A stretch of 64,000 nucleotides of DNA from Mobula hypostoma (taxonomy: Eukaryota), in contig NC_086097.1 in assembly GCF_963921235.1 (NCBI RefSeq), forward strand, positions 142,478,001 to 142,542,000. Direction: 5' to 3'. The notes below the pieces were generated by a model. The model had not been told where the DNA came from. It ran no database searches and saw only the letters and a program-made list of their open reading frames with translations. Made by a program: the position numbers and the translations under genes. Of the stretch, positions 34,300-49,200 are shown piece by piece (within the stretch, counting starts at the first letter, position 1; every line of letters starts with the position of its first letter).

Positions 34300-37200
34300 G
34301 TAAGTACCTGGCTGATGAAATAGCAAACATGAAAAATCTGGAAATTCAGGAAGCCGGTGGGGAAATAGTTCAGGGTCCTAGGCCTGGAGGAGAGAACATG
34401 TTATGGTGAAATCTGTTTTAGAACTGCATGTGGTTAAATTATTATTATTTTTATTCCACGGTATTCTGCAAAAGCTGAAACATTGGTACAGAAAAGATCT
34501 TAGAGCATTTTAAATATATGGGAAGAAAGTCAGTGGAAATCATTAATCAAAAAAATGTTTCGAACTTCTGTGACGTTACAACATCAACCTCAATTCTTTG
34601 TTGGGAAAGACTGTGCAGGGTCTGAGCCACAGGGCATTGGCAGCAGAGTAAGGTATGAGGTAAATGAGGGGGATTCTGAGGTAAGAAGCAATGGATGGAA
34701 CTCTGAATCATGAGGCAAGGGGGAGGGGAGAAATGAGTCCAAGCCCAATCAGGGAGGGACACAGAGAGTCACAAAATCAAGGCAGAAGAAGTAGAGTTTA
34801 AAGCATAAAGAATATGAAGGGAGAACGGAGGAAGATCACAAAGGGACAGGGTGGACAGGAGTTAGAATTAACCCGTGGATCTTCAGGAATGAATTACAGA
34901 TGATTAGGCACCCGTGAAAATGTTGGTGCAAATAGAACCTTGTTTGGGACAATGCAGTTTCAGATATAGAGACTTTATTTCATTATTATTAAGGTGTCCA
35001 ATCATTATTATTAAGGTGCCAAGACAATCGAGGAGAAGGATTTTTGGGATAGTTTACTCCAAACCTTGTAACACTGAGAATCAGCAGATTAAGGGATACT
35101 TGTTAGTGTGCGGGAGGGCAGAAGAAGCACAGAATCTTTCGCAGTTAAGAAATTATCAGGCTGAGAACTGGAACAGTTAACCAAAGAGGAATCTGTAAGT
35201 GGTTGACAGTGTCAACAGTTTCCAGAATAAACATACTGATAAAGTACATAGATAATCAAGACTGTGACCTCATATCTGCATTCCCTATTTAATGTGGTAA
35301 TACTGCATGCCCTTGCTTATCAAATATCTATTTACCTCTGATTGGGAAATGTTGAATATATAAACCATGACACTGGGGGTGTGGGCTTTTCAGCCAGGGC
35401 TCACTCCAAAGTCCCAAGAAACCGGATAACTTTTGTATACAGTATTGGAGACTCAGGAGACTGCGTATGCTGAAATCTGAAGCAGTGCACAAACGGCAGA
35501 GGAATTCAGTGGGTCTTGCAGCATCTAAGGATGGAAAAGGACAGTTGAGATTTTTACCCATCCTCTGGACTAGAAAGAAAGAGGGAGAACGGCCAGTATG
35601 AAAAGATGGTGGAAAGAGGTGAAGCAAAATCTGGCAGTTGATAGGTAGATGCAGGTGCAGGGAATTACCATAAATCCGTAAGACATGGGAATAGAATTAG
35701 GCCATTCAGTCTGCCTGACATTCCATCATTTGCTTTCCCTCTCAGACCACATTATTTCACCTTCTACCTTTGACACCCTTACAAATCAAGAACCTATCAG
35801 CCTCCACCTTAAATATACCCAATGGCTTAGTCTCCACAGCCATCTGTGGCAATGAATTCCACAGATTCACTACCCTATGGCTAAAGAAATTCCTCCTCAT
35901 CTCTGTTGTAAAGAAAAGTCCCTGTATTCTGAGGCTGTGCCCTCTGGTCCTAGACTTTCTCACTACTGAAAACATCCTTTCCACATCTCTCTATTGAGAC
36001 TTTTCAATATTTGGTAGGTTTCAATGAGATCTCCCCTCCTCGTTTTTTTAAATTCCAGTGAGTACAAGCCCACGGCCATCAAATTCTCCCCATACATGAA
36101 CATTGCTGGAATCATTCTCATGAACCTCCTCCGGATCCTCTCCAATGCCAGCACATTTTTCTTAGATATTGGGCCCAAAGCTGTTCATAACACTCCAAAT
36201 GAAGTTTGACCAATGCCTTATAAAACTTCAGTCTTACTTTTATATTCCAGTCCTTTCAAAATGAAATCACGGACAAGAGAAAATCTGCAGATGCTGGAAA
36301 TCCAGGCAACACCCACAAACAACTGGAGGAACTCAGCAGGCCAGGAAGCATCTGTGGAAAAGAGTACAGTCGCTGTTTCAGGCCTAGGCCCTTCTGCAGG
36401 ACTCCTTCTCAGCTTCCCAAGCACCTTCTTGCAATAGCAACTATACTCATTTCTGCTCTCTAACAGTCTCAAATTTCTGGAATACTTCTGTTGTCTTTAT
36501 TTTTAGTTCGTCCAACATTTCTTTTTCCCCAATTACTACCTCTCCAGCATCACTTTCCAGCAGTCCAGTATCCACTCTTGTCTCTCTTTTACTCTTCTTT
36601 GTATGTCCGAGAAAAAATCTGGTATCTCCATTTATATTATTGGCTAACTTACCTTCATATTTCATCTTTTTCTCTCTCAATTGCTTTTTTTTTAGCTGCC
36701 TTCTACAGATTCTCAAAAGTTTCCCCATCCTCTAGCTTTCCACTAATTTTTTGCTGTATTGTATGCCCTCTCTTTTGCTTTTTTGCTGTCTTTGACTTCC
36801 CTTGTCAGCCTGCTCCCTTTAGAACGTTTCTTCATCTTTGGGATGCATCCATCCTGCATCTTCCGAATTGCTCTCAGAAACTCCAGCCATTGCAGCTCTA
36901 CCATCATCTCTGCTAGTGTCTCCTTCCAATTAACTTTGGCCAGCTCCTCTCTCATGTCTCTGTAGTTCCCTGTAATACTGATATAGGGTACAGGGTGAAT
37001 TTTATCATATTATGATCACTCATCTCCTAAGGATTCCTTTACCTTAAGCTCCCTGTTCAAATCTGGTTCATTACACAACACCCAATCCAGAATTGCCATT
37101 TCACTAGTGGGCTTGAACACAAGCTGTTCTAAAAAGCCATCCCCTAGGCATTCTACAAATTCTCTCTCTTGTGATCCCAATCTACCTGCATATTGAAATC

Positions 37201-40200
37201 CACTGTAACCATTGTAACATTGCCCTTTTTACATGCCTTTTCTATCTCCCATTGTAATTTATACCCTATATTCTAGCTACTCTTTGGACGTCTGTATCTA
37301 ACTCCTGTAAGGGGCTTTTACCTTTGACGTTTCTTATCTCTACCCAGAAGGATCTTACATATTCTTGTGCTATATCACTTCTTTCTAAGGTTTTGATTTT
37401 ACTAACAAAACCACCCCACACCATCTAACCACCAGTCTGTCCTTTCGATAATGATGTGCATCCTTGGATGTTAAGCTCCCAGCTGTGATCTTCTTTCAGC
37501 CACAACGTTGTGATGTCTACAGTGTCATCTATGCCAATTCCAAATTGCGCTACAAATTCATCTATCTTGTTACATATACTGTGTGCATTTAGATTTTACA
37601 CTTGCAGTCATCGTCCTGTTCAATTTTGTCTCCATGTTACCTGAGGTTAAATGCTTATCTCTTTTTAAATGTTTTGTCTTTTTTTTTACCTTTGGCACTC
37701 TCTTTCCCTTTTCCAAGTTGTTGACAATGCCCCATAATATTCAGCTTAAAGCCCTATTCATAGCCCTAGTTTTGTTATTTGCCAGGATTTTGGTCCCAGC
37801 ATGCTTCAGGTTGAGCCAATCCCATCAGAACAGCTCCCTCCTTCCCCAATACTGCAGTGTCCCTCCCACAAGTTCAAACCCACTTCCCCCCACACCAATC
37901 TTTGAGCCACACATTTAGCTCTCTGATTCCACTAACTCAGTGCCAATTTGCACTTGGCTCAGTTAACAATCCGGAGTTGATTAGCAGATGCGCTTGGGGA
38001 AAGAGTGGGAATGATGTCAGAAGCTTGGAGGTGATAGGTGGAAGTGACAAAGGGCTGAAGAAGATGGAATCTGATTGGAAAGGACAACAGAGCACAGAAC
38101 GTGACTGTTGGGAGGAGTGTGTGTGGCTGATGGGCGGGTGTGGAAGAGCAAGGAAATAGGGTGATGTGGCCAGTTAGATCAGATGGAGAGGGAGGAGAAA
38201 AAAAAAGAGAGGAAGGGACAGAGAGGGAGTGGTTAGTTTGAGAATTCATTGTTTATGCTGCCAACTTGGAGACTGCCCAGGCATAGGTGCTATTCCTCGA
38301 ATCTGCATTTAGCTTTGACCTGGGAATGGTAGTGGGGGAGGGGTCTTCGCAGTCATAGTCATAGTCATACTTTATTGATCCCGAGGGAAACTGATTTTCG
38401 TTACAGTTGCCCCAACCAAGAATAGAGTATAAATATAACAATATAAAACCATAAATAATTAAATAGTAATATGTAAATTATGCCAGGAAATAAGTCCAGG
38501 ACCAGCCTATTGGCTCAGGGTGTCTGAGCCTCCAAGGGAGGAGTTGTAAAGTTTGATGGCCACAGGCAGGAATGACTTCCTATGACGCTCGGTGTTGCAC
38601 CTCGGTGGAATGAGTCTCTGGCTGAATGTACTCCCATGCCCAACCAGTCCATTATGTAGTGGATGGGAGACATTGTCCAAGATGGCATGCAACTTGGACA
38701 GCATCCTCTTTTCAGACACCACTGTCAGAGAGTCCAGTTCCATCCCCACAACATCACTGGCCTTACGAATAAGTTTGTTGATTCTGTTGGTGTCTGCTAC
38801 CCTCAGCCTGCTGCCCCAGCACACAACAGCAAACATGATAGCACTGGCCACCACAGACTCGTAGAACATCCTCAGCATCATCCGGCAGATGTTAAAGGAT
38901 CTCAGTCTCCTCAGGAAATAGAGACGGCTCTGACCCTTCTTATAGACAGCCTCAGTGTTCTTTGACCAGTCCAGTTTATTGTCAATTCGTATCCCCAGGT
39001 ATTTATAATCCTCTACCATGTCCACACTGACCCCCTGGATGGAAACAGGGGTCACCAGTGCCTCAGCCCTCCTCAGGTCCACCACCAGCTCCTTAGTCTT
39101 TTTCACATTAAGCTGCAGATAATTCTGCTCACACCGTGTGACAAAGTAGATCAGGCAGTGATCCAAGTGATCATGCAGATCAGGCAGTATCCAAGAGGAA
39201 TGCCTGGTAGTGGTAATGGGGAGGCTTAGCAGATTGTGCTGTGTCCATGGATGGGGAAACAAAGTTGATATTTAAGGTCAAACACTTCTTGTCAGAACTA
39301 TGAAAGGCAGAAAACAAGTAAGTTGAAAATTGCCGAAGGAACGAGGGAAGGGCCTATATCTGACGCCAGAGTTACCATGGTGATAAGTTGCTGATGAAGT
39401 CAACTGGTTTGTAAATTAATGAGAGTATTTAGAGGGAGAACACAAACCAAAGCTGTTACATGCAGTGCTAAAGGAAGTGTCCAATTGATTACGCAGTGCT
39501 AATAGAAAGAACCTGACTCAGTATTACATTCCAACCACTGACCCCATGTACTTGGAAAGCACTGGGTTCAAATCTCCATGGGAATCTGTCCCACTTCAGG
39601 TCTTACTGTAGAACAGTGTTCCCTCTGGCTTGGGGTGGAGATGGCTCAGGCTTCAGCGTGACCATGCCATGTGGATTTTCATCCCACTCAGATGAAAGTG
39701 CCTGCACCAAGTGAAAATTAAGCTACAGTAAATAGTTCGAGCTGTTGTTAAAATTTGTTCCAGATATTATGAAGCAATTCTTGACAAACCTAGGTGGATG
39801 TTTTGAGTTCATTAATGGCATGGATGGAACAATATTTTAAAATTATTTCTATATGGGTTTGTAGAAGACATCAGATAATGTTTCACACAATAAGTTATCA
39901 GCAATATTGAAGTTTGCACTCTTGTAGGTAACCATGTGACAAACTGTTTGATATGTAAGAGCGGGAAGGTGATCTGATTAGTTTCAAATATCCACATGAA
40001 GCTTGTGGCTTCTGCTTTTCTAATTTCAGGGAGTGTGCAGATATAATGACTGGAGGCTCTCGACGCTGCATTGCAGTTTCTACGTTGGCTGAAGCCCGTT
40101 TCTATGCTGACAATGGCTTTGATGATATCCTATATGCCTACCCACTTCCTATTGACAAGGTGGAAACCTGTGCAGAGCTAGCAGAAAGACTGGAGATGTT

Positions 40201-43200
40201 CCATGTGCTGGTTGACAACCAGGTGGCAGTGCTGGAGCTCGAGAGGAGACACCTGCGAGACGAGAAGTCGTGGCTGGTGTGGTTAAAGTTGGATTGCAAC
40301 AATGGAAGAGGTGAAGTGGCTTGGTGTGATGTATGGACTAGGAAAGGAAAGAAAGATGAAAGGTCTATTCATTATCAAACCATTCAATGCAGGAGACATA
40401 GTAGGGATCCACCATGTAGTGATGACTGTAAAATCTGATGATGGGTGAAGGATTAAATGTTGGCCGGGGTATAGTGGAGAATACTCGGGAGGGTCCATGG
40501 TACAAAGGGTAATGGGAAAGTTAGAGTATTGTGATACTCTGTCTTAGATCACTGGTGTTATCTTAATCTTGATGTCAGAAGAAATGTGTTGAAACCCTGT
40601 ATTTGAGGTTCACTACAATGACCTGTTTTTATTCTAATTGTGTCCTTCCTTATTTACATTGTTAATTTATGTTATTTTTGTGAGTGTTGTCTATCTGTGT
40701 GCCAGTGATGCTGCTGCAGGTAAGTTTTTCATTGTAGCTGTGCATGTCGTACTTGTGCATATGACAATAAACTCGACTGACTGGTGTATTGACTTATATT
40801 TGTAATTCAGCCTTATACTTCAGTGCCACTCCAGGAAAAATTCCTTAAATCAGTAGAGGCATTAAAGTCAGATCCTGTCATTCCACTTGGATGGATGTAA
40901 AATTCTATTACCATGTAACATCTTTCGTCTTCACATGTTATCTCTTCTGTCTTCCAGCTATCTCAAACCTGAACTTTTGCTTTCTATTCACTCTTCCCAT
41001 TTATTTACTCTAAAACATATTTATTTCTGTACTTCCCTAGTTCTGATGTAAGTACATCAATTTGAAATATTAACAATTCTCTCTCCATAGATGCTGAGAG
41101 TTTCCACAGTTTTCCCCTTTTGCTTTAGATTGCCAATTTCTGCCCTATTTTGAGACTGTAAGATCCTGTGGCATGACTGACAGAAGAGGAAGGAAGTTGC
41201 ATTAATCAATTTTCCCTCAACCAGCATTTCTACAAGTATCCCACCGACATCATGTTATTTGTGGGACATAATACTGGCCGACATTTGCTTACATTCCCAC
41301 AATGTTTATATTTCAAATGGTTATGAAAAACTGAGATTTTCTGTATGTACATGCAAGTTTTTTATTTTGTTAAAACATTGTGCTTTGATGGGACAGTTAG
41401 TTACTAGATGAATTCATTTTGATAGGAACACTATGGTGTGTATAAACCTAAGGCGGCATGGTGGTAACTCTTTACAGTGCCAGTGGTTGGGGTTCAATTC
41501 ATGCCACTGTCTATAGGGAATTTATACATTCTTTCCCTGACTGTGTGAGCTTCTGCCAGATGCTTTAGTTTCCTCCCACATTTCAAAGAAATGTGGGTTA
41601 GTAAGTAGATTGTTCATTCTCCCCATGACCATGTAGGTTTCTTTCAAGTGCTCTAGTCTCCTCCCATATTTCCAACCATACATGTTAACAAGGGTCATTA
41701 AGTTGTAGGCATGCTGCATTGGCGTTAAGAGCATGGTGACAATCATGGCTGCCCCCAGCACATCCTTGGACTGTGTTGGTTGTTGATGCAAAACGATGCA
41801 TTTCACTGTGTGTTTTAATGTTTCAATATACATGTGACAAATAAAGGTAATCTTTAATCTTTATGAACAATGAGCAGAAGTAGGCTAAGTTTGGTCCATC
41901 ACTCAGAAATGGGAGCAGGCATAGGCCATTTGCACCTTTGAACCTGCTGCACTTTTCTGCAGGATCATTGCAGATGGACATCGTTTTCCCTGCGCTACCC
42001 TTTGAAGTTGTGGCCCCTGTCTTTGATTCCTTATTCAGGGAAGCACCTTCCCTGCATCCACTTAATGAATCGTGGAAGCATTTTGAAAGTTTCTATGAGA
42101 TTCCTCATTCTTCAAGACAGGAGAATACTGTTTCAGTCTGCTCAATCATTCCTCATATGGCAAAACTTTATTGCATTTCACTATGCCCAATACATCCTTT
42201 TTAAACCAAAGACAATACCCATAGTGGGGTCTCACTGGAGCCCTATATAATTGCATATAGACACCTTCATCCCTGCACTCAAATCCTCCCGTTATTAAGA
42301 CCAACTTGTGACTTATCTTCCTGACTGTTTGGTGCACCTGCATGTTACCTTTCAGTGAATTACACACACCAAAGTCCTTTAGGACAGAATTTACCAACTG
42401 GACAAAGTTTACTCAGTTTTTTTTTCACCCTCTCCCTTAATTTGTCTGTATTCCCTTGAAGATTTCCCTTTTCATCATCCCACTTACTTTTGGTAAAATG
42501 ACATTCGGTCCCCTTAGCCAAATTTTGACAAAGAAAGTGAACAGCTGATCGTTTTGGTATCCCACTAGTCATAATCTGCAACCTGGAAAAAGATCTGTTT
42601 ATTCCCAATCTTTGCTTTCTATCCATCAACAAATTCTGAATCCAGGCTAGTGTATGCCATATGATCAAATCTTGTCCAACCACCTGTGTGAAGCCTTACT
42701 GAAACCCAAATGTAAAAACAAATACTCCATATCAACTGGATATAGAGTATTTCCTGTTCCCCTTTCTCTATTTCACTGCTCTCAAAGAACTCCAAATCGA
42801 TCTGGCAAACTTAATTTTCCTTTTATAGTTCCATGCCGGCTGTGTTCAGTCCTTTTGCAGGTATTCTGTTACAATATTCTTTATAGATTTCCTTACTCTG
42901 ATGTTAGGCTAACAGGTCTCTTTTCTCATTTTCTGCCTTTTTAAATAGTGGAGTCACATTTTGCTCTCTTCAAATCCGGAATCTATGGAATTTCAAGTGA
43001 CCAGAGTATTCACTATTCAATAGCCACTTTTTCCAGAAGTGGGTGTCAAGGTAGTGGAGTGTTTATTGCAACACTATTGCAGCTCAGGGCATTGTAGTTT
43101 GGAGTTCAGTCCCCCCCCCCCATCTGTCAGGAGTCTCCGTACATTCCCCCGCTGGAATACGTGGGTTTTCTCCAGGCCCCCTGGTTTCCTCCCACAGTCT

Positions 43201-46200
43201 AAAGATGAAGTGGGTGGGTTAATTGGTCATTGTAAATCGACCCGTGATTAGGTTAAGGTTAAATCGATGTCAATAGACAATAGGTGCAGGAGTAGGCCAT
43301 TTGGCCCTTCGAGCCAGCACCACCATTCACTGTGATCATGGCTGATCATCCACAATCAGTCCCCTGTTTCTGCCTTCTCCCCATATCCCTTGACTCCGCT
43401 ATCTTTAAGAGCTCTATTTAACTCTTTCTTGAAAGAATCCAGAGAATTAGCCTCCACTGCCTTCTGAGGCAGAGTATTCCACAGATCCACAACCCTCTGT
43501 GTGAAAAAGTTTTTCCTCAACTCCGTTCTAAATGGTCTACCCCTTATTCTTAAACTGCGGCCTCTGGTTCTGGACTCCTCCAACATCAGGAACATGTTTC
43601 CTGCCTCCAGCATGTCCAATCCCTTAATAATCTTATATGTTTCAATCAGATCCCCTCTCATCCTTCTAAATTCCAGTGTATACAAGCCCAGTCACTCCAA
43701 TCTTTCAACATATGACAGTCCTGCCATCCCTGGAATTAACCCAGTGAGCCTTCCCTGCAGTCCCTCAATAGCTAGAATGTCCTTCCTCAAATTTGGAGAC
43801 CAAGACTGCACACAATATTCCAGGGGGGTCTCACCAGGGCCTTGTACAACTGCAGAAGGACCTCTTTGCTCCTATACTCAACTCCCCTTGTTATGAAGGC
43901 CAACTTTCTTCACTGCCTGCTGTACCTGTATGCTTACTTTCAGTGACTGATGAACAAGGACACCCAGATCTCGTTGTACTTCCCCTTTTTCTAACCTGAC
44001 ACCATTCAGATAGTAATCTGCCTTCTGGTTCTTGCCACCAAAGTGGATAACCTCACATTTATCCACATTAAACTGCATCTGCCCACTCACCTAACCTGTC
44101 CAAGTCACTCTGCATTCTCATAACATCCTCCTCACATTTCACCCTGTCACCCAGCTTTGTGTCATCTGCAAACTTGCTAATGTTACTTTTAATCCCTTCA
44201 TCCAAATCATTAATGTATATTGTGAATAGCTGCGGTCCCAGAACCGAGCCTTGCGGTATCCCACTAGTTACTGCCTGCCATTCTGAAAAGGACCCATTAA
44301 TCCCTACTCTTTGTTTCCTGTCTGCCAGCCAATTTTCAATCCATGTCAGTACCCTACCCCCAATACCATGTGCTCTAATTTTGCCCACTAACCTCCTATG
44401 TGGGACCTTATCAAAGGCTTTCTGAAAGTCCAGGTACACTACATCCACTGGCTTTCCCATGTCCATTTTCATAGTTACATCCTCAATAAATTCCAGAAGA
44501 TTAGTCAAGCATAATTTCCCTTTCGTAAATCTATGCTGACTCAGACCTATCCTGCTACTGCTATCCAAATATGTGGCTAATTTATCTTTTATAATTGATT
44601 CCAGCATCTTCCCCACCACTGATATCAGACTAACTGGTCTACAATTGCCTGTTTTCTCTCTCCCTCCTTTCTTAAAAAGTGGGATAACATTAGCTACCCT
44701 CCAATCAGCAGGAACTGATCCTGAATCTATAGAACATTGGAAAATAGTTACCAATGCGTCCACGATTTCTAGAGCCACCGCCTTAAGTACCCTGGGATGC
44801 AGACCATCAGGCCCTGGGGATTTATCAGCCTTCAGTCCCATCAGTTTACCCAACACCATTTTCTGCCTACTGCGAATTTCCTTCAGTTCTTCCGTTACCC
44901 TAGGTCCTCTGGCCACTATTACATCTGGGAGATTGTTTGTGTCTTCCCTAGTGAAGACAGATCCAAAGTATCTGTTCAGCTTGTCTGCCATTTCCTTGTT
45001 CCCCATAATAATTTCACCCGTTTCTGTCTTCAAGGGCCCAACTTTGGTCTTAACTAATTTTTTCCTCTTCACATACCTAAAGAAGCTTTTACTATCCTCC
45101 TTTATATTCTTGGCTAGCTTACCTTTGTACCTCATCTTTTCCCCCCATATTGCCTTTTTAGTTATCTTCTGTTGCTCCTTAAAAGTCTCCCAATCCTCTG
45201 GCTTCCCGCTCATCCTTGCTATGTTATACTTCCTCTCTTTTATTTTTATACTGTCCTTGACTTCACTTATCATTCACGGTCACCCCTTACTCCCCTTAGA
45301 ATCTTTCTTCCTCTTTGGAATGAACTGATCCTGCACCTTCTGTATTATTCCCAGAAATACCTGCCATTGTTGTTCCACTGTCATCCCTGCTAGTGTATCT
45401 TTCCAGTCAACTTTGGCCAGCTCCTCCTTCATGGGTTTATAGTCCCCTTTGTTCAACTGTAATACTGACACTTCTGATTTTCCCTTCTCCCCCTCAAATT
45501 GTAGATTAAAACTTACCATATTATGGTCACTACCTCCTAATGGCTCCTTTACTTCGAGTTCCATTATCAAATCTGGCTCATTACACAACACTAAATCCAG
45601 AATTGCCTTCTCCCTGGTAGGCTCTAATACAAGTTGCTCTAAGAATCCATCTCTGAGGCATTCCACAAACTCCCTTTCTTGGGGTCTTGTACCAACCTGA
45701 TTTTCCCAGTCTACCTGCATGTTGAAATCCCCCATAACAACCGTAGCGTTACCTTTGCGACATGCCAATTTTAACTCTTGATTTAACTTGCACCCTATAT
45801 CCAGGCTACTGTTTGGGGGCCTGTAGATAATTCCCATTAGTGTCTTTTTGCCCTTACAGTTTCTCAGTTCTATCCATAATGACGCTACATCTCCTGATTC
45901 TATGTCCCCCCTCGCAAGTGACTGAATTTCATTCCTCACCATCAGAGCCACCCCACCCCCTCTGCCAACCTGTTTGTCTTTTCGATGGGATGTATAACCC
46001 TGAATATTCATTTCCCAGCCCTGGTCCTCTTGCAGCCATGTCTCTGTTATTCCCACAACATCATACTTGCCAATTTCCAACTGAGCCTCAAGCTCATCCA
46101 CTTTATTTCTTTACTTATTCCACTTCATGTCGTTGTGGGTTGCTGGGCTGGAAGGGTCTATTATGCCTCTAAGTAAATAAACACAAAATCTGGATTGTAT

Positions 46201-49200
46201 AACATCAAGCCTTTGGAATTTGTCACCTTTCAGTCTCATCAGTCCCTTGTATGTTTCTTTAATCAGTATTAAGTCCCTCCTGCTTGTTGGATCCCTGGTT
46301 CTCTGGCAGGTTTTGTTTTGTGAAGGCAGCCACTAAAGTACGGGTTTAATTTCTCTGCCACTTGCTTCTTCCTCGTTACAAATTCTTCTGCCACTGTCTG
46401 GCAGGGACTGACATTTGTCTGAAATCCTGTAGAAGCTTTCCTGCCAGCTTGCTGTCACTGTATCTTTCCATTTGTTGCCAATTCTGTGGTCGTTGTAAAA
46501 CCCTAGTCTCTGCAGTCTATCAAGTGAATCTCCTTGGCTAAAGAGTTCCACGATTATGATCCAGTGCTGATGACAGAATGGCTAATACATTTCTGAGACA
46601 GGATGTTTTTCCTGTCCTGCGATCAATGGCATTCCATTGCATCTGCTTTCCTTATCCCTTTGCAGGTAGAAGCTGCGGATTTGGGAGACTCTGGCAAGGA
46701 AATCTTAAGAATTTGCTACAATATATCATGCACATGAACGCACTGCAGCCAGACTGAGCTGGTGCTGAGGGGAATGAGTTTTTGGTGCTGGATAGGGTGG
46801 CATTCGGGTGTGTTGCTTTATCTTAAACAATGTCGAGGTCCTCGAAGGCATTGGAGCAGCACTTTTTCAACCAGTTTGCAAGTATTCCGTCACTTTTGTG
46901 ACTTGTGCTTTGTAGATGGTACAAAGCCTTTGGGGAGCTGGGAGGATAATCATTCACTCGAAAATACTCTAGCTCCTGGCCTGCTACAAGTTTTTCTGGG
47001 GTGGTCCAGTTACTTTTCTGATTGCAGTGATCTAGGATGCTGATGCCATTAGTTATCAGCTGGAGCTGAATAACAATTTCCAGCTGGAACTTTTCGTTGT
47101 TGTACACTTGTAGCATTTCTTGCCATTTCTTAGCCAAGTCTGTATGATGCTTCGGCTTTCTGTCAGGCAGAAATTAATTATGAGTTCGTATTCAGATTCA
47201 GCACATTACTTTTTATTAGGGTAAGCACAGCAGTCAATTTGTCTGTAGCAAAATTCCTACAGACCACAGTAAGAAAGGTGATGAAGTTTGTTTGTTTCTG
47301 GTAATGTAGGTCAAAGGAGAAATATTAGTTAGAGAACATTTTTTTTTCAATTATTCTATTAAACTCACTTTCTTAGTCTGAGAGCATGATACTCACTTAG
47401 TGGTGACTTTATTAGGTACACATGTAAACCTGCTCGTTAATGCAAATATCTAATCAGCTAATCATGTGGCAGCAACTCACCACGTAAAAGCATGCAGATA
47501 TGGTCAAGAGGTTCTGTTGTTGTTCAGACCAAACATCAGAACAGGGAAGAAATGTGATCTAAGTGACTTTGACCATGGAATAATTGTCAGATGTGGTGGT
47601 TTGAGTATTTCAGAATCTGCTGATCTCCTGGGATTTTCATGCACAACAGTCTCTTGAGTTCACAGAGAATGGTGTGAAAAACAAAAAAAAATCCAGTGAG
47701 CGGCAGTTCTGTAGGTGAAAATGCCTTGTTAATGAGAGAGGCCAGACTGACTCAAGCTGAAAAAGTAACTCAAATAACCACAACAGTGGTGTGTGCAGAG
47801 AACATCTCTGAAAGCACAACACACCGAACTTTGAAGTGGATGGGCTACAGCAGCAGAAGACCACAAACGTAGACTCAATGGTCACTTTATTAGGTATAGG
47901 AGGTACCTAACAAAGCAGCCATGAAAAATTGCTACCATGAAATTTTACTTCAGATTTGCAGCGGCTGCATTTTTAAAAAATGTAATTGTCTTTTTATTGA
48001 ATTTTGTTTGTAACTTGCAAATTTTTCAATGGAAAAGGGAGATTGAGAGCTGCTTTAGCTGCACTTTTCATTGGAGTGAAGAAGATGAGGAAGGTCAAAA
48101 GGTGGCGAGTCTTTGGTATGACTCATCCCCTGGCACCCAGGGTTCAAGGCAGGAACTTGATGGGATATGGTAATAAGGTTGCCTATAGCTTCAGCAACAG
48201 TTAAAAAATCCCCGAACCATCTGGGGCGAGCGAGGTAGAATATTTCAACGACCTTTACCTTTCACTGTATTATTCATTCACTTCAGCATTGATACATTGT
48301 GCCGATGGTGCATGTGTGCTTGGCTGAGCTCCCTGCTTCTGTCTGGATCGTTACTAGGTCTGCGAGGGAGTGAAAGAGGGGAAGAGATCCTCTGCAGTGA
48401 ATATAGCAAGTTAGGAGAGAACCTATGCAGTAGGACTTCCAGAGCAGCAATTTCTGGATTATTCCTTGTGCCACGTCCTGGTGAGTGAGTAGGGGGCCGG
48501 CGTCAGGCATGATGACGGACTCTCCACTTCTCCCTCTCCCTCATCAGTGTGTTCAGTTCATCTACATTAGCCGTGCCACTGCCTTCTAGGAACGTGTTGG
48601 CCATAGTCTTGGGAGGGCGCCCAGGGTTCATCCTCCGTGCTTGGGCTCCCATATGATGACTAGGCTGGCAGGTAGCTCGGGGTGGCGTAGACAGTGCCCC
48701 ACTAGATGCAGTCTTCTCGCCTCGATTTTAGTGGTGAGCATCGGTAGGTCTGGAAATGAAGTGACCTATTTATATTTTATTTATTTAGCGATACACCGCG
48801 GAGTTGGCCCATGACGTCCCAGCAACCCTGATTAAACCTAACCTAATCTCAGGATAATTTACAATGACCTATTAGTCTACCTGCTATGTCTTTGGACTGT
48901 GGGAGGAAATCGAAGCTGCCTCGAGCTGTAATGGCGTCATGCTAGCCGCTACGCTACTGTGGCAACGTGTACGAAAGGGATGGGCTGCACCCAGTGGAGG
49001 TGGACAAATATCCTGTTTGGGAAATTTGCCAGTGCTAGTCAGGAGCTTTTAAATCAGAGTTGTGGGGGGTGGGGGGGGCCTGTCCAATAGAGTGGCTGAT
49101 GAGGGCCGAATTTAGCCATCAGCACAAACAGGATCACAATAAAGAAAGAGTAAAGACCCTTTGTTTGAACTGCATTTAGTACAATGCAGGAGGCTTGACA

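Noticed and set aside
44573..45328. 251-aa plus-strand ORF (and 12100..12612 on the minus strand)
   Set aside because: Antisense shadows of LINE and transposase reading frames with no independent protein signature.
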